From assembly GCA_019310535.1 (NCBI GenBank), contig JAFDED010000013.1, forward strand, positions 3,346-67,345: 64,000 bases of DNA, written 5' to 3'. The notes under the pieces are model-generated. The model worked only from the letters and a program-made list of their open reading frames with translations, was not told the origin of the DNA and did no database searches. Below are positions 29,171 to 40,007 of the stretch, piece after piece (within the stretch, counting starts at the first letter, position 1; the number at the start of each line of letters is the position of its first letter). This DNA is from Deltaproteobacteria bacterium. Its GTDB lineage: Bacteria; Desulfobacterota; JAFDED01. The position numbers and the translations under genes are program-made.

Positions 29171-31649
29171 AACCCTTTTTTACTACCTTTTCAAAAAACC
29201 TGTTTTACTCCCGGGATGGAGTCTCCTGGACAACCGTCTTTTCCGAATAAGGCAAATTAAGCGCTGCTCCACAGCACTCGGCAGCTTGTTCAGGAGTTCC
29301 GTGTTCAAGCGCTTGGCCATGCTGCTCAGTGTGAGCCTGTTGATGGGATGGCTCCTTTCTCCCACGACGCCGCCTTCCACCCGAGAATACCGTGTGGGAG
29401 ACATCGCATGGTCCGATGTGAGAGCTCCCCGTGACCTCCTGGTTGAGGATACTCTATCCACCCAAAAGAGACGTCTTGAAAAGGAACGAAGTCTCGGCGT
29501 GATCTACGACCTGGACCCCAAGGTGCTTTCTCATGCTGAAAAGACTCTGAAGGAAGCCTTTACCTTCATGCGAGAGCTGTATCCCGCTCCTTCCACCAAA
29601 AGCGAAGGGCTCTCCAGACGCTCGATTACTAAAGAACAACCCCTCCTGACTGAAGATCTGGAAAAAAAGATTACAAAGCGCCGCGAATTGTTCCAGAAAA
29701 AATTGGGATTCCCCCTTTCCGATTATGCGTTTTATTCACTTAAAAATCATCGGTTTGATGAACGTATCGAAGATTATTGTTACGCCATGCTGGCTCCTGT
29801 TATTATCAAGGGGGTCGTCAGCCGGAAGGAATTGTTCCGCATCGAGCGGGACAGCCACATTACTTTACTGGAAGTTGAAACAGGAAGTGAGATTGTCCTG
29901 AGAGACCCCTCCTCGCTCTTAGACTTGGATTCTGCCCGACGTTACATTGCGCTGAAAGGGCGGGAATCTCTTTTACACCTGAGCCGCAGCATGCGTGATA
30001 CTGTCATCGAAATCTCGCAAAAGCTGGTCTTGCCCAATATCACGCTGAATAAGAGCGAGACCGAGAAGCGAAAGAAAGAGGCGCTCGACAGTATCAAGCC
30101 AGTCTATTTTCAGCTTAAGAAAGGGGAGGTCATCCTCAGGGAAGGGGAGCGGGTCAGCCCCGAACATCTGCTCAAGCTGGAGGCTTTGGGCCGAGACGAA
30201 GACCACTATACCGTATACAAGGCATTGGCCGGGTATACGATCATGGTCATGTTACTGCTGTTTCTTCTGTATTACCTGGCCTCACGCAACGCACAGAGCT
30301 TCGCCCCCCGCAATGTGGATCTTCTCATGTTCTGCATGGCCATACTGGGCACCCTCATGATGGTCAAGGCAGCCCTTTTTATCACTGAATCGGTGAATCG
30401 TTCCTTCCCATTTATTCCGACAGAATCGCTGTCCTATGCTGTTCCTTTCGCCCTGGCTCCGATAATGATCGCCATGATGCTCAATGCCGAAGCGGCCATG
30501 ATCATTGCGATCCCCATCTCTATCTTTTCCGCCATGATGTTCGATACTCCCGTAGGGATTTTCTTTTACAGCCTTGTTGGTGGTCTGGTGGGGGCTCATA
30601 ACGTGGTCTTTTGCAGCGCCCGGAGCATGCTGCTGAAGGCGGGTATCCGTGTAGGTATCATCAACATGGCTTCTGTCATGTGCCTGCGCCTCATTGCCCA
30701 TAAGTTTCCTGTTTTTGATAATATCTATGACTTTTCCTTTGCATTTGCAGGCGGAGGGCTGGCGGGCATCCTTGCGGCGGGGATGACGCCCATGGTGGAG
30801 TCGCTCTTCGGGTACATGACCAACATCAAGCTGCTGGAATTGACCAACCTGAATCACCGGGCCATGCGTGACCTGGTGCTCAAAGCCCCGGGTACGTATC
30901 AACACAGTGTCATCGTGGGGAGTCTCTCCGAGGCAGCGGCTGAGGCCATCGGTGCAAATCCACTTTTAGCAAGGGTGAGTGCGTATTATCACGATATCGG
31001 AAAGATCAACAAACCGCTCTACTTTATCGAGAATCAGAAGTCGGGTGAGAATAAGCATGATAAGCTGGCGCCCAGCATGTCAAGCCTCATTATCACCTCC
31101 CACGTGAAAGACGGGATGGAACTGGCTCGAAAATATCGCCTGGGACAGCCCATTAAAGATATTATCCATGAGCATCACGGCACATCTCTTATCTCTTTCT
31201 TTTACAATAAGGCCAAAAACCAGGAGAACTCTCATCCTGTGGATGAAAAGAGCTACCGATACCCGGGGCCTAAGCCCCAGACAAAGGAGGCTGCGGTGGT
31301 CATGCTGGCCGATGCCGTGGAGGCCGCCTCCCGCACTCTCGTCAACCCAACTCCTTCCCGGGTACAGGGAGCGGTCCAGCAGTTGATAAACAGTTTCATG
31401 ACCGACGGCCAATTAAACGATTGCCACCTGACTATCCGCGACATGCATCAGATCGCTCGAAGTTTCACTAATGTTCTCAATGCAATTTACCACCATCGCA
31501 TCGATTACCCCACTTCAGCGATTCAGGTAATGCAGGGAAAAAAGAAAAATGGAAGTGCAGATAGAGGACAGGCAGCAGTTGATTCCCATCGACCACGGAT
31601 GGGTGGCACGGGTGGTAGAGTGGATATTCGACGCCTTGGGAAATCGTGA
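29142..31649 (+). CDS. 7TM-receptor / HD-GYP-like HDIG-domain membrane phosphohydrolase (PgpH/YqfF family)
   Basis: A large extracytoplasmic N-terminal region, seven hydrophobic helices, and a C-terminal HD domain (YQHSVIV...YYHDIGK...EHHG). Confidence 0.85.
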   Translation: MTRNSRQNNKTLFYYLFKKPVLLPGWSLLDNRLFRIRQIKRCSTALGSLFRSSVFKRLAMLLSVSLLMGWLLSPTTPPSTREYRVGDIAWSDVRAPRDLLVEDTLSTQKRRLEKERSLGVIYDLDPKVLSHAEKTLKEAFTFMRELYPAPSTKSEGLSRRSITKEQPLLTEDLEKKITKRRELFQKKLGFPLSDYAFYSLKNHRFDERIEDYCYAMLAPVIIKGVVSRKELFRIERDSHITLLEVETGSEIVLRDPSSLLDLDSARRYIALKGRESLLHLSRSMRDTVIEISQKLVLPNITLNKSETEKRKKEALDSIKPVYFQLKKGEVILREGERVSPEHLLKLEALGRDEDHYTVYKALAGYTIMVMLLLFLLYYLASRNAQSFAPRNVDLLMFCMAILGTLMMVKAALFITESVNRSFPFIPTESLSYAVPFALAPIMIAMMLNAEAAMIIAIPISIFSAMMFDTPVGIFFYSLVGGLVGAHNVVFCSARSMLLKAGIRVGIINMASVMCLRLIAHKFPVFDNIYDFSFAFAGGGLAGILAAGMTPMVESLFGYMTNIKLLELTNLNHRAMRDLVLKAPGTYQHSVIVGSLSEAAAEAIGANPLLARVSAYYHDIGKINKPLYFIENQKSGENKHDKLAPSMSSLIITSHVKDGMELARKYRLGQPIKDIIHEHHGTSLISFFYNKAKNQENSHPVDEKSYRYPGPKPQTKEAAVVMLADAVEAASRTLVNPTPSRVQGAVQQLINSFMTDGQLNDCHLTIRDMHQIARSFTNVLNAIYHHRIDYPTSAIQVMQGKKKNGSADRGQAAVDSHRPRMGGTGGRVDIRRLGKS

Positions 31650-32052
31650 GGGCGAGGTAAGTATCGTGCTCCTTAATGATTCCCAGATGGCTGCGCTAAA
31701 TCAACAATACCGCAACCAAGAGGGTTCTACAGATGTTCTGGCCTTTCCAATGGCCACGGGTGAGTTCGGCCACCTAACCCCGGGCATGTGGGGGGACATC
31801 GTTATTTCCGTCCAGCGCGCCCTTGAACAATCGCACGAGTCCGGATGCTCTCTCTCGGAAGAACTTGGAGTCCTCCTGATTCACGGTACTTTGCACTTGC
31901 TGGGACACGACCATGAGGAGGTCCACAAGGAGGCGGCGGAACGGATGCACGCCCTGGAGACCCGGCTATTCGACAAAGCCTTCGGCGAGAGGGGCACCTT
32001 CAGCGAGCACCGAGCCCCGGCGCCCGATGATGTGAAACGCATTCCAAAATAA
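31549..32052 (+). CDS. ybeY: rRNA maturation endoribonuclease YbeY
   Basis: STDVLAFP and the zinc motif HGTLHLLGHDH. Overlaps the end of the preceding gene by 101 nt in another frame. Confidence 0.92.
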   Translation: MEVQIEDRQQLIPIDHGWVARVVEWIFDALGNREGEVSIVLLNDSQMAALNQQYRNQEGSTDVLAFPMATGEFGHLTPGMWGDIVISVQRALEQSHESGCSLSEELGVLLIHGTLHLLGHDHEEVHKEAAERMHALETRLFDKAFGERGTFSEHRAPAPDDVKRIPK

Positions 32053-32225
32053 AACCCTCCCTCCCTATGCTTGTTGACGACTCTCTGATTCCCATCTAAT
32101 TGCACTTGCAATGCTTTGAAGACCCGGACGATCGGCCTGGCTGGCCGCGGGATAGGATGTATGTCAGCCGGAACGGGAAACCCCGATCATCAAATGCCGG
32201 CACAGCGTCAAATGATCCCAATTGC

Positions 32226-32257
32226 TTGACATGGGCGGCCTAACTGATTACTATAAT
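32226..32257 (+). promoter_or_regulatory. candidate sigma-70 promoter (target transcript unclear)
   Basis: TTGACA - 17 nt - TACTAT, overlapping a TATAAT. About 275 nt upstream of dnaJ in a 478-nt AT-rich gap. Confidence 0.35.
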
Positions 32258-32530
32258 ATACCATAGAGTTTATACCTCCGTCCGGCAATAAAAGTCGCTC
32301 GCGAAAGCAGAGAATAATTCTTATGAATTTGAGCATGAAATATTAAAGTGCGTGAAGATGACATTTTTCTTTAATTTATAAAATCAATTTATTGACAGAA
32401 GACAAGGATTAAGAAAACCTCATTCATCCTATTATCCTGTCAAAAATAAATCTATATATTTCAATGCACCGTGATCAACTTTTCATGTTTCGTTATGATC
32501 GAGAGTGCATGGTGGTTTTTAAAATAAATA

Positions 32531-33637
32531 ATGATGAAACGTGATTATTACGAGGTGCTGGGCATCTCCCGGAATGCGGATGAGGAGACCATGAAGAAAG
32601 CATACCGCAAGCTCGCCTTGCGGTATCATCCGGACCGCAATCCCGGGAACCCCGAGGCCGAAGAGAGATTCAAAGAGGCGGCCGAAGCATACGAGGTATT
32701 GCGCGATCCGGAAAAACGGAGCCTTTATGATCGTTTTGGCCATGCAGGCGTGGAGGGGACAGGGTTCCAGGGCTTCGGTGGTTTCGACGACATCTTTTCA
32801 AGCTTTGGTGATATTTTCGGTGATCTGTTCGGTTTCGGCCAGACGTCATTCAGAGGTCGGCCGCGGCCGCGGCATGGGGATGATCTGCGCTACGATCTGA
32901 CCATCGACTTTGATGATGCGGTCTTTGGCAAGAAAGTTGAAATACAGATTCCAAAGGCTGAGACCTGTCCCTCATGCGGGGGAACCCGTGCTCGGCCTGG
33001 AACCCATCCTGAACAATGCTCCATGTGCGGCGGCCGAGGACAGGTCGTGCGTACCCAGGGTTTCTTTTCCATCAGCACCACCTGCCCACGGTGTCGCGGC
33101 GAAGGGACCTTTATCAAGCATTTATGCCCCGAATGCAGTGGAAGAGGGAGGATCCAAAGCACACGCACCCTCTCCCTCGACATCCCGCCCGGTGTGGACA
33201 CAGGGGCCAAACTGCGCCTCCAAGGAGAGGGCGCCTTGGGAGAGAATGGCGGCCCACCGGGGGACCTCTATGTTATAATACGTGTAAAACCACACGAATT
33301 TTTCGAGCGTGAAAATGATGATATCTTCTGCACAGTGCCGATATCCATGAGCCAGGGGGCGCTGGGAGCCGAAATCGAGGTTCCAACACTGGAGGGAACC
33401 GAAAGGCTCAAGATTCCCGCAGGTACCCAGACACATTCCTTATTCCGTCTGAACAACAAGGGCGTTCCCCGACTTCGAGGCAGAGGACGGGGGGATCAAA
33501 TCGTGCGCGTTGTAATTCAGACGCCCACCCAGCTTACAGAGCGACAAAAGGAACTCTTCCGGCAACTGGCAGAACTTGATAAAGAAAAGTCCCTGAACGA
33601 TGGCAAGAAAAAAAAGAGGGGATTCCTCGGCTGGTGA
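32531..33637 (+). CDS. dnaJ: molecular chaperone DnaJ
   Basis: J domain with HPD (YHPDRNPG), a G/F-rich region, and four CxxCxGxG zinc repeats. Confidence 0.96.
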   Translation: MMKRDYYEVLGISRNADEETMKKAYRKLALRYHPDRNPGNPEAEERFKEAAEAYEVLRDPEKRSLYDRFGHAGVEGTGFQGFGGFDDIFSSFGDIFGDLFGFGQTSFRGRPRPRHGDDLRYDLTIDFDDAVFGKKVEIQIPKAETCPSCGGTRARPGTHPEQCSMCGGRGQVVRTQGFFSISTTCPRCRGEGTFIKHLCPECSGRGRIQSTRTLSLDIPPGVDTGAKLRLQGEGALGENGGPPGDLYVIIRVKPHEFFERENDDIFCTVPISMSQGALGAEIEVPTLEGTERLKIPAGTQTHSLFRLNNKGVPRLRGRGRGDQIVRVVIQTPTQLTERQKELFRQLAELDKEKSLNDGKKKKRGFLGW

Positions 33638-33650
33638 AGAATATAAAACG

Positions 33651-34430
33651 TTATATCTTCAGATGCATCAGGTCCTCAGCCAGGATGACCTCGCCTGGAA
33701 ACTCTTTCCGGCAGGGAGTGAGAACATCCGCGGCGTCGCATTCCGGATAAAAGTGGGTGAGCAATAGTCTCTTCGCGCCGGCCTCCCGAGCCGTTCGACC
33801 CGCCTCGGTCGGGCCCATATGACCCGGAGTCTTCATATCATCGGGCCTGGAGCACTCGCACACGAACAGGTCCGCCCCCTGAGCCGCTTCAACGAGACCT
33901 TTACAATATTCGCTATCGCCGGAAACCGCCAGAACCTTCCCGCCATGTTCGATACGGTAGCCAAGGCTGGGGTCCTTATGCTGTACGGGATGGCTCTCAA
34001 TGAGCACATCGCCCAGCTTCACCTGTTGCGGGCCGTTCAACGGCAGATCCTCCAGCGCTAAATCGAACGTGGAGGGGATGATCCAGTGGCCCCATGCTTT
34101 ATGAAGGAAATCGAAAAAAGCGTTGAACCCCGCTGGGCCCCAAAGGCCCATGGGATCGGTCCTTTCCGGTATCACAGTATATTTCAGGGCGAAAAGGATG
34201 GGGCCCAGGTCAGCCGTATGATCCGGATGGAAATGAGTGTAAAAGATGTGATGGATGGATTGGACCGGAATGTTCGCCTCGGCCAGGCGGCGGAGTGTTC
34301 CCGAACCGCTGTCAATAAGTACGCGCAGTCCGCCGGCCTTGACCGTCAGCGAAGAAGGAGACCGTCTCACCGAGGGGGTCCCTGTCCCTGAGCCAAGAAC
34401 GATAATGTCCATGGATGATCCACCGAGCAA
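33651..34430 (-). CDS. MBL-fold metallo-hydrolase (RNase Z/ElaC-like)
   Basis: HFHPDH motif. 259 aa. Confidence 0.85.
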   Translation of the reverse strand: MLGGSSMDIIVLGSGTGTPSVRRSPSSLTVKAGGLRVLIDSGSGTLRRLAEANIPVQSIHHIFYTHFHPDHTADLGPILFALKYTVIPERTDPMGLWGPAGFNAFFDFLHKAWGHWIIPSTFDLALEDLPLNGPQQVKLGDVLIESHPVQHKDPSLGYRIEHGGKVLAVSGDSEYCKGLVEAAQGADLFVCECSRPDDMKTPGHMGPTEAGRTAREAGAKRLLLTHFYPECDAADVLTPCRKEFPGEVILAEDLMHLKI

Positions 34431-34519
34431 GCTATTTTTTTAGAAAAAATTTTTTGACGAAAAGACAGGATAACCCGGATTTTTTCAATTCTGTAATCAC
34501 GTCAAAAATTCTTCCTCTT

Positions 34520-35612
34520 TCAGTGGGTCAACAGGTACGCCTGGATGAATTGATCCAGTTCTCCGTCCAATACAGCATCCACATTACCTTGTTCCAATTG
34601 GGTCCGGTGATCCTTCACCATGCGGTAAGGATGCAACACGTACGAGCGGATTTGGCTCCCGAATCCGATGGATTTCTTATTGCGATGGGCCTCCTCCCTG
34701 CTTTCTCTTTTTTTCTTTTCCTGTTCTTCATACAGGCGAGAACGCAGTATCCTGAGAGCCATAGCCCTGTTCTTGTGTTGCGAGCGTTCATTTTGACACT
34801 GGACAACTATTCCCGTCGGGAGGTGCGTGATTCGGACCGCGGAATCGGTTTTGTTCACGTGCTGGCCACCCGCTCCGCTTGAGCGGTAGGTATCGACTCG
34901 AAGATCCGCCTCGTCAATCTCAATCACGATCTCTTCGTCAACTTCCGGAATCACAAAAACTGAAGCAAAGGAAGTATGCCGCCTCTTGCCGGTATCGAAA
35001 GGAGAGATGCGAATCAGGCGGTGAATGCCAACCTCCGCGGCAAGCAAACCGTAGGCATAATCCCCCTCCACGGTAAAGGTGACAGATTTGATGCCGGCTT
35101 CCTGCCCGGGCAAAATGTCGGTAATCTGAGTCCTATAGCCTCTGCGCTCTGCCCATCGCAGGTACATGCGCAAAAGCATCTCTGTCCAGTCTTGCGCCTC
35201 GGTCCCGCCCTCACCGGACTGGATGGTAACGAAGGCGTTATTGATGTCGTTCTCCCCGGAAAGCATGCGCTTGAATTCCATGTCAGCGATGTCTTGTTCC
35301 AGGGTGGACAATTTCTGATTTGCCTCCTCCAGGAGTTCAGGGTCTTGCTCTTCCCGGGTCAGCTCAAGGAGAATCTGGGCGTCTTCCAGTTTTCCATTCT
35401 CCTCCCTCCATCGTTCGATTTCTGTAAGAAGGCGTTTTTTCTCCTTCAGGATTTTCTGTGCTTCCTGGGGGTCGTCCCAGAAATCCGGGCTGGCAGAGAG
35501 CTTCTCCAGCGCCTGAACTCTTTTTTCTTTCTCGTCCAGGTCAAAGATGGCTCCTTAAGGCAAATAGTTTCTCCTTGAGCGTGGAAAAATTGGCCTGCAG
35601 TTCTTGTGTCAT
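34520..35612 (-). CDS. prfB: peptide chain release factor 2 (requires a +1 frameshift)
   Basis: ATG 35612 opens a 23-codon frame (MTQELQANFSTLKEKLFALRSHL) that ends at UGA 35541-35543. The +1 frame continues as DLDEKEKRVQALEK... into the 263-aa ORF, which carries the SPF and GGQ motifs. Confidence 0.93.
35540..35556 (-). promoter_or_regulatory. prfB: programmed +1 ribosomal frameshift site of prfB
   Basis: The mRNA reads AGGAGC CAU CUU UGA C: an internal SD-like AGGAG, a 3-nt spacer, the CUU slippery codon and UGA followed by C. This matches the classical RF2 autoregulatory site. Confidence 0.9.
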
Positions 35613-37189
35613 GAGAAAAACCTCCTGTATGATATGTGTCGCTTAATGGAAACCCTCACACGGCTTAAGCGAGGCGACAGCATAAGTATGGATACGATGA
35701 GACAAAGAATAGCGAAAACATCGCCGAATCGCGTGTAAAAAGTCTGACCTTCCCGGTTTGATGAGATCGACCGCCGAAGAACCCCTGTTCGGAACAGGCC
35801 CAGGGTCTCTTGCAAACGGCCGGTCTCATCGATAAAAGCAGTGATGCCGGTGTTGGTCGCCCTGGCCGAGGGGCGGCGGTTCTCCACTGAGCGCATTTGG
35901 GCCATGTTCAAGTGCTGATACGGTTCGCTGGTCCTGCCATGCCACGCGTCATTTGTCAGGTTGACCAGCAGCCATGCACCCTGGCGGACCATCGCACGGC
36001 TTAGATTGGGAAAGATGGATTCAAAGCAAATCAATACGCCGATTTTTCCCAGCTCTGTCTCCATCGGCGCGACCCGTTCTCCAGGCGTGAAGTCCCCAAC
36101 GCCTTGGACCAGAGGGTTCAAAAAGGGCATCCACCTCCTCATGGGAATGTATTCGCCATATGGCACCAGATGCACCTTGTCGTAACGCCCCACTGTCCTT
36201 CCCTGAGGGTCGAGAAGGAAAGCGCTGTTGAAATAGCTGACCTCACCGTCCTTCCGATGCCAGCCAGGGCTTCCGAAAAGCAGGTAAGCGCCGGTTCTTC
36301 TGGCCACATCCTGAATGATGGGACGATATTTCTCATTGGACTGGTAATAGAAGGGAACGGCTGTCTCGGGCCATATGATGAACCGGGCATTTTTTCCGTT
36401 TTTAAGGGACAAATTCCGGTAAATCTCTATAGTTTTCGTGCGAAATCGCTCGTCCCACTTCAGGCCCTGGTCAATGTTGGCTTGAATGAGAAGTGTCTGC
36501 ACTCCTTTCCCTGAAGACGATTCCTCTGGAGGGTGGCGGTGCAACTGCAAAAGCCCGTACCCCAGGCTCAGAGCCAGAATAGTACCGACCGCGGCAGCCT
36601 CCCGATGCCATCCCCGCGACCTTCTCAGAAAACGGTACAGGCCTGCGTTGACCATCACCACCAGGAAACTCACGCCGTACACGCCGGTGACATCGGCAAC
36701 TTGGATAGCAGGCAAAAACGGCACCTGCGAATAACCCAAAAGCTGCCATGGGAACCCCCCCAGTGGGAATTTAGAGAGGATATATTCCTGGGCTACCCAC
36801 AGGAAAGGTGCGGCACTCAACACGCTCCAACCACTCCCAGAACCTGCGGCCAACGCCAGGCACAGGCTGAATATCGCCATATAACAGGCGCACGCCGCGG
36901 CCAACAAAACCATGGCCGCAAGGGCAACCACGGTGGGGACCCCGCCATAGACCACCTGCGTGTGAACCACCCAGTAGAGAATACCCAGATAGGCCACAAA
37001 GCCCATGATCCATCCCAGGAACATGGATCGCCGGGTATTTGTGGCTGATACGGCGTGAAAAAAAGGCACTAACGCCGCCCACGCCACAATCCACATGGAA
37101 ACCTTGGGCATCGAGGCGGCGATCAGCACCCCGGATATGGCGGCCAGCGCAAGGTCGCATCCTGCTGCCCTCGCCGACCATTGATTCAT
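35609..37189 (-). CDS. lnt: apolipoprotein N-acyltransferase
   Basis: A multi-TM N-terminal half plus a CN-hydrolase domain (IWPE..., GVLICFESIFP). Its stop overlaps the prfB start (ATGA). Confidence 0.9.
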   Translation of the reverse strand: MNQWSARAAGCDLALAAISGVLIAASMPKVSMWIVAWAALVPFFHAVSATNTRRSMFLGWIMGFVAYLGILYWVVHTQVVYGGVPTVVALAAMVLLAAACACYMAIFSLCLALAAGSGSGWSVLSAAPFLWVAQEYILSKFPLGGFPWQLLGYSQVPFLPAIQVADVTGVYGVSFLVVMVNAGLYRFLRRSRGWHREAAAVGTILALSLGYGLLQLHRHPPEESSSGKGVQTLLIQANIDQGLKWDERFRTKTIEIYRNLSLKNGKNARFIIWPETAVPFYYQSNEKYRPIIQDVARRTGAYLLFGSPGWHRKDGEVSYFNSAFLLDPQGRTVGRYDKVHLVPYGEYIPMRRWMPFLNPLVQGVGDFTPGERVAPMETELGKIGVLICFESIFPNLSRAMVRQGAWLLVNLTNDAWHGRTSEPYQHLNMAQMRSVENRRPSARATNTGITAFIDETGRLQETLGLFRTGVLRRSISSNREGQTFYTRFGDVFAILCLIVSILMLSPRLSRVRVSIKRHISYRRFFS

Positions 37190-38055
37190 GAGCTGTTCCG
37201 GCCCTCCGCCTCCATGAGGCGGACCTTGATCTTGGAGACCTTTTTCTGGTCGCTTTCCTGGATTACAATGTGAAGTCCTTGGTAGGGGATTTCTTCACCG
37301 GCCCTGGGTACCCGGCCCATCAGGTGAACGATGAGTCCTCCCACTGTCTCGAAATTATCCTTTGGAATCTCGATGTTGAAATATTTCTCCAGTTCATCCA
37401 CGTTGGCTCTCGCATCCACCGCCAATGCTCCATCAGGCATAGGCGTTAAAAAGGCCTCTTCGGTGTCGTGTTCGTCTTGTATCTCCCCGAATATCTCCTC
37501 GATGATATCCTCTATGGTAACCAGGCCGGCAGTTCCACCATATTCATCGATAACGATGGCCATGTGCGATTTATTTGTTTTGAATTCCTGGAGCAGTTGG
37601 CCTATGTTCTTCATCTCAGGGATATAATATGGAGGTCGGGCCATCTGGGCCCATTCGATCTCCGTGCCCTTTTTACCCCAATGGCGAAGCAGATCTTTCA
37701 CGCAGAAAACCCCGATGATATCATCTATATTCTCGCCGTAGATCGGAAGTCGAGAGTGACCGCTTTCCATAGCCAGCCTCAGGACATCCTCAACCGAGGC
37801 TTTTGATGAAAAACAGACCATCTCAGTCCGTGGGATCATTACCTCGCGCACAACAGTGTCTTTGAACTTCAGGATGCTGTGAATCCAATCACCGGAATAG
37901 TGCTCGATCAATCCTTCTCCTTCACCGGCATCGATCAACTCATGGAATTCCTCTTCCAGGCCTTCGCGGTTTATGCGACGGGAGAAGAATCGTGTAAGCC
38001 TCCTGAGACGCTCGAAAAAATGATTACCTGAGTCGTCTTCCAAATGAAGTATCAC
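37186..38055 (-). CDS. corC: CBS-pair / CorC_HlyC domain protein (Mg/Co efflux-associated CorC/YbeX)
   Basis: Tandem CBS domains followed by a transporter-associated C-terminal domain. No TM segment. 4-nt overlap with lnt. Confidence 0.88.
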   Translation of the reverse strand: MILHLEDDSGNHFFERLRRLTRFFSRRINREGLEEEFHELIDAGEGEGLIEHYSGDWIHSILKFKDTVVREVMIPRTEMVCFSSKASVEDVLRLAMESGHSRLPIYGENIDDIIGVFCVKDLLRHWGKKGTEIEWAQMARPPYYIPEMKNIGQLLQEFKTNKSHMAIVIDEYGGTAGLVTIEDIIEEIFGEIQDEHDTEEAFLTPMPDGALAVDARANVDELEKYFNIEIPKDNFETVGGLIVHLMGRVPRAGEEIPYQGLHIVIQESDQKKVSKIKVRLMEAEGRNSS

Positions 38056-38564
38056 CTTCTTTCTTCATTCGCCTGAAAATATCTCCCGGGATTATTCGTG
38101 AAGATTTTGTTCATGCGTCAGTGGTGCTGACCTGATAGCAGGACGTACACACGGTTCATATTGTTACTAGAATGAAGTTGAAATAAGCACTAAAATAATT
38201 TTCTATTCGTCTTTCTGAAATGGGCGGGCACCCTAACATATAATCCAAGCAAAAATGGTGAAATTGTCAAAATATTCTATACTATACTATAAAATAATAC
38301 ACTTAAAATTATATGGCTGTCAAGAGCCGCTTTTATTCGGGCAACGTCAACCTTTTTGTGTACATTATAGGTGTTTCCTCACGCTGATTATCGGGTTGTA
38401 GAAGATTTCCAGACGCATGTTGTTGTTTTGACCCCTCTAAATGCTCTTTCCATACCCTTCGGAATTCTTTTCTTGCAAAACCAGCACTAATTTGTAAAAA
38501 TATTACTATTCCCTCACATTATTTTCTATCTATTGCATTGTAGAGAGCAAAAAAAGAGAAAATC

Positions 38565-39776
38565 ATGTCTCATCGAAGGCGTAAAACAGCAGGAAAAGTT
38601 ACCGCTGAAGTGGTTGAAGAAGAGAAGGACGCTGGGCAGTCGGAACCTGAAAAAAAGGAATTCGACATCATTTCCCCTTCTAGAGAACCGGTCTCTTCTC
38701 CGACTGATCTCTTTGATGACCAGTCGGCTGATTTTCAGACCCACGCCGGCACAGAAGATGATACTACCTTATCAGCAGAGTTGGTCAGAGAGAAGCAAAG
38801 CGTGCCGGATGAAAGCGAAACAAGTGTTGAGGACTTAGAATCGCTTATGCCGGCATTGCCTTATGCGGTGAAGGCGGAGGCCAAAGAATTTACGGCAGAC
38901 ACCGAGAAATCCCTCACTCCATTCGATCCCCTGCGCCGCTACCTCTGGGAAATCAAGCGATATCCAATCCTCAGCCGTGAGGACGAACATCGCCTGGCTA
39001 TGGAGTATCTGCGGACAGGCGATACGAACATTGCGATAATTCTGATTACATCCAACTTGCGTCTGGTGGTTAAGATCGCCCTGGAATTTCAAAAACACTG
39101 GATGTTCAACCTGATGGATCTCATCCAGGAGGGCAACGTAGGATTGATGCAGGCAGTGAAAAAATTTGATCCCTATCGCGGTACCCGCCTTTCCTCCTAT
39201 TCTTCCTTCTGGATTAAAGCATATATTCTTAAATTTATTATTGAAAACTGGCGTCTGGTCAAGATCGGAACCACTCAAAGTCAGCGAAAGCTCTTCTTTA
39301 ATCTCAAGAAAGAAAAAGATCGCCTGGATGCTTTGGGGTTCAACCCGGCTCCCCAGCTTCTGGCCGAGCGTCTTGATGTTAAGGAAAGCGAAGTCGTTGA
39401 AATGGACCAACGCCTCAACGGATGGGAGCTCTCTCTCGATGCTCCATACCATGAAGACTCACGCACAAAGCATGAGGACTTCTTTAGCACCACTGCAGAA
39501 GCGGTGGATGATCAATTGGCCGATCTTGAACTGAAGGATATCCTGCATCGCAAGCTGAATGATTTTCAGGACTTGCTCACGGAAAGGGATCGATTCATCT
39601 ATCAGAATCGACTTATTGCAGACAAACCTATGACCCTTCAGGAAATCGGTGATAGGTTCGGAATCACCCGAGAGAGAGCACGGCAGATAGAGGAACGACT
39701 GAAACAACGTCTCAAGAATTATCTCAAGGATGAAATGTCAGAGCTGACAGATCTTATAGATGAGCACCTGCATTGA
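38565..39776 (+). CDS. rpoH: RNA polymerase sigma factor, sigma-32 (RpoH) type; start uncertain
   Basis: Regions 2-4 of the sigma-70 family plus the RpoH box (QRKLFFNLKK). The ORF gives 403 aa with an acidic ~95-aa N-terminal extension. The alternative ATG 38847 gives ~309 aa. Confidence 0.85.
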   Translation: MSHRRRKTAGKVTAEVVEEEKDAGQSEPEKKEFDIISPSREPVSSPTDLFDDQSADFQTHAGTEDDTTLSAELVREKQSVPDESETSVEDLESLMPALPYAVKAEAKEFTADTEKSLTPFDPLRRYLWEIKRYPILSREDEHRLAMEYLRTGDTNIAIILITSNLRLVVKIALEFQKHWMFNLMDLIQEGNVGLMQAVKKFDPYRGTRLSSYSSFWIKAYILKFIIENWRLVKIGTTQSQRKLFFNLKKEKDRLDALGFNPAPQLLAERLDVKESEVVEMDQRLNGWELSLDAPYHEDSRTKHEDFFSTTAEAVDDQLADLELKDILHRKLNDFQDLLTERDRFIYQNRLIADKPMTLQEIGDRFGITRERARQIEERLKQRLKNYLKDEMSELTDLIDEHLH

Positions 39777-39924
39777 TCGCTTATTATTTTGTGCTCTTAT
39801 GCCAAGAATTCACAATGCTCCCGCCTTGCAATCTGACCTCATTCCAGTCGTAAAATATTCGGTTTTGGTTGTTCCGAATGGGGATCATATATGGCGGACG
39901 GGGGCCGGAAATAGATGGCTGAAA

Positions 39925-39941
39925 CCGGGGCTTATCCCGGG
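39925..39941. repeat. small GC hairpin related to the GGRATAARCCC family
   Basis: CCGGG-GCTTAT-CCCGG in the rpoH-surE intergenic region. Confidence 0.4.
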
Positions 39942-40007
39942 TAATCGGCAAGTGAAAACATTGACTCCTGAAAACGAGTGTTCTTTTACGAACGGCAGTG
40001 AATTGAG

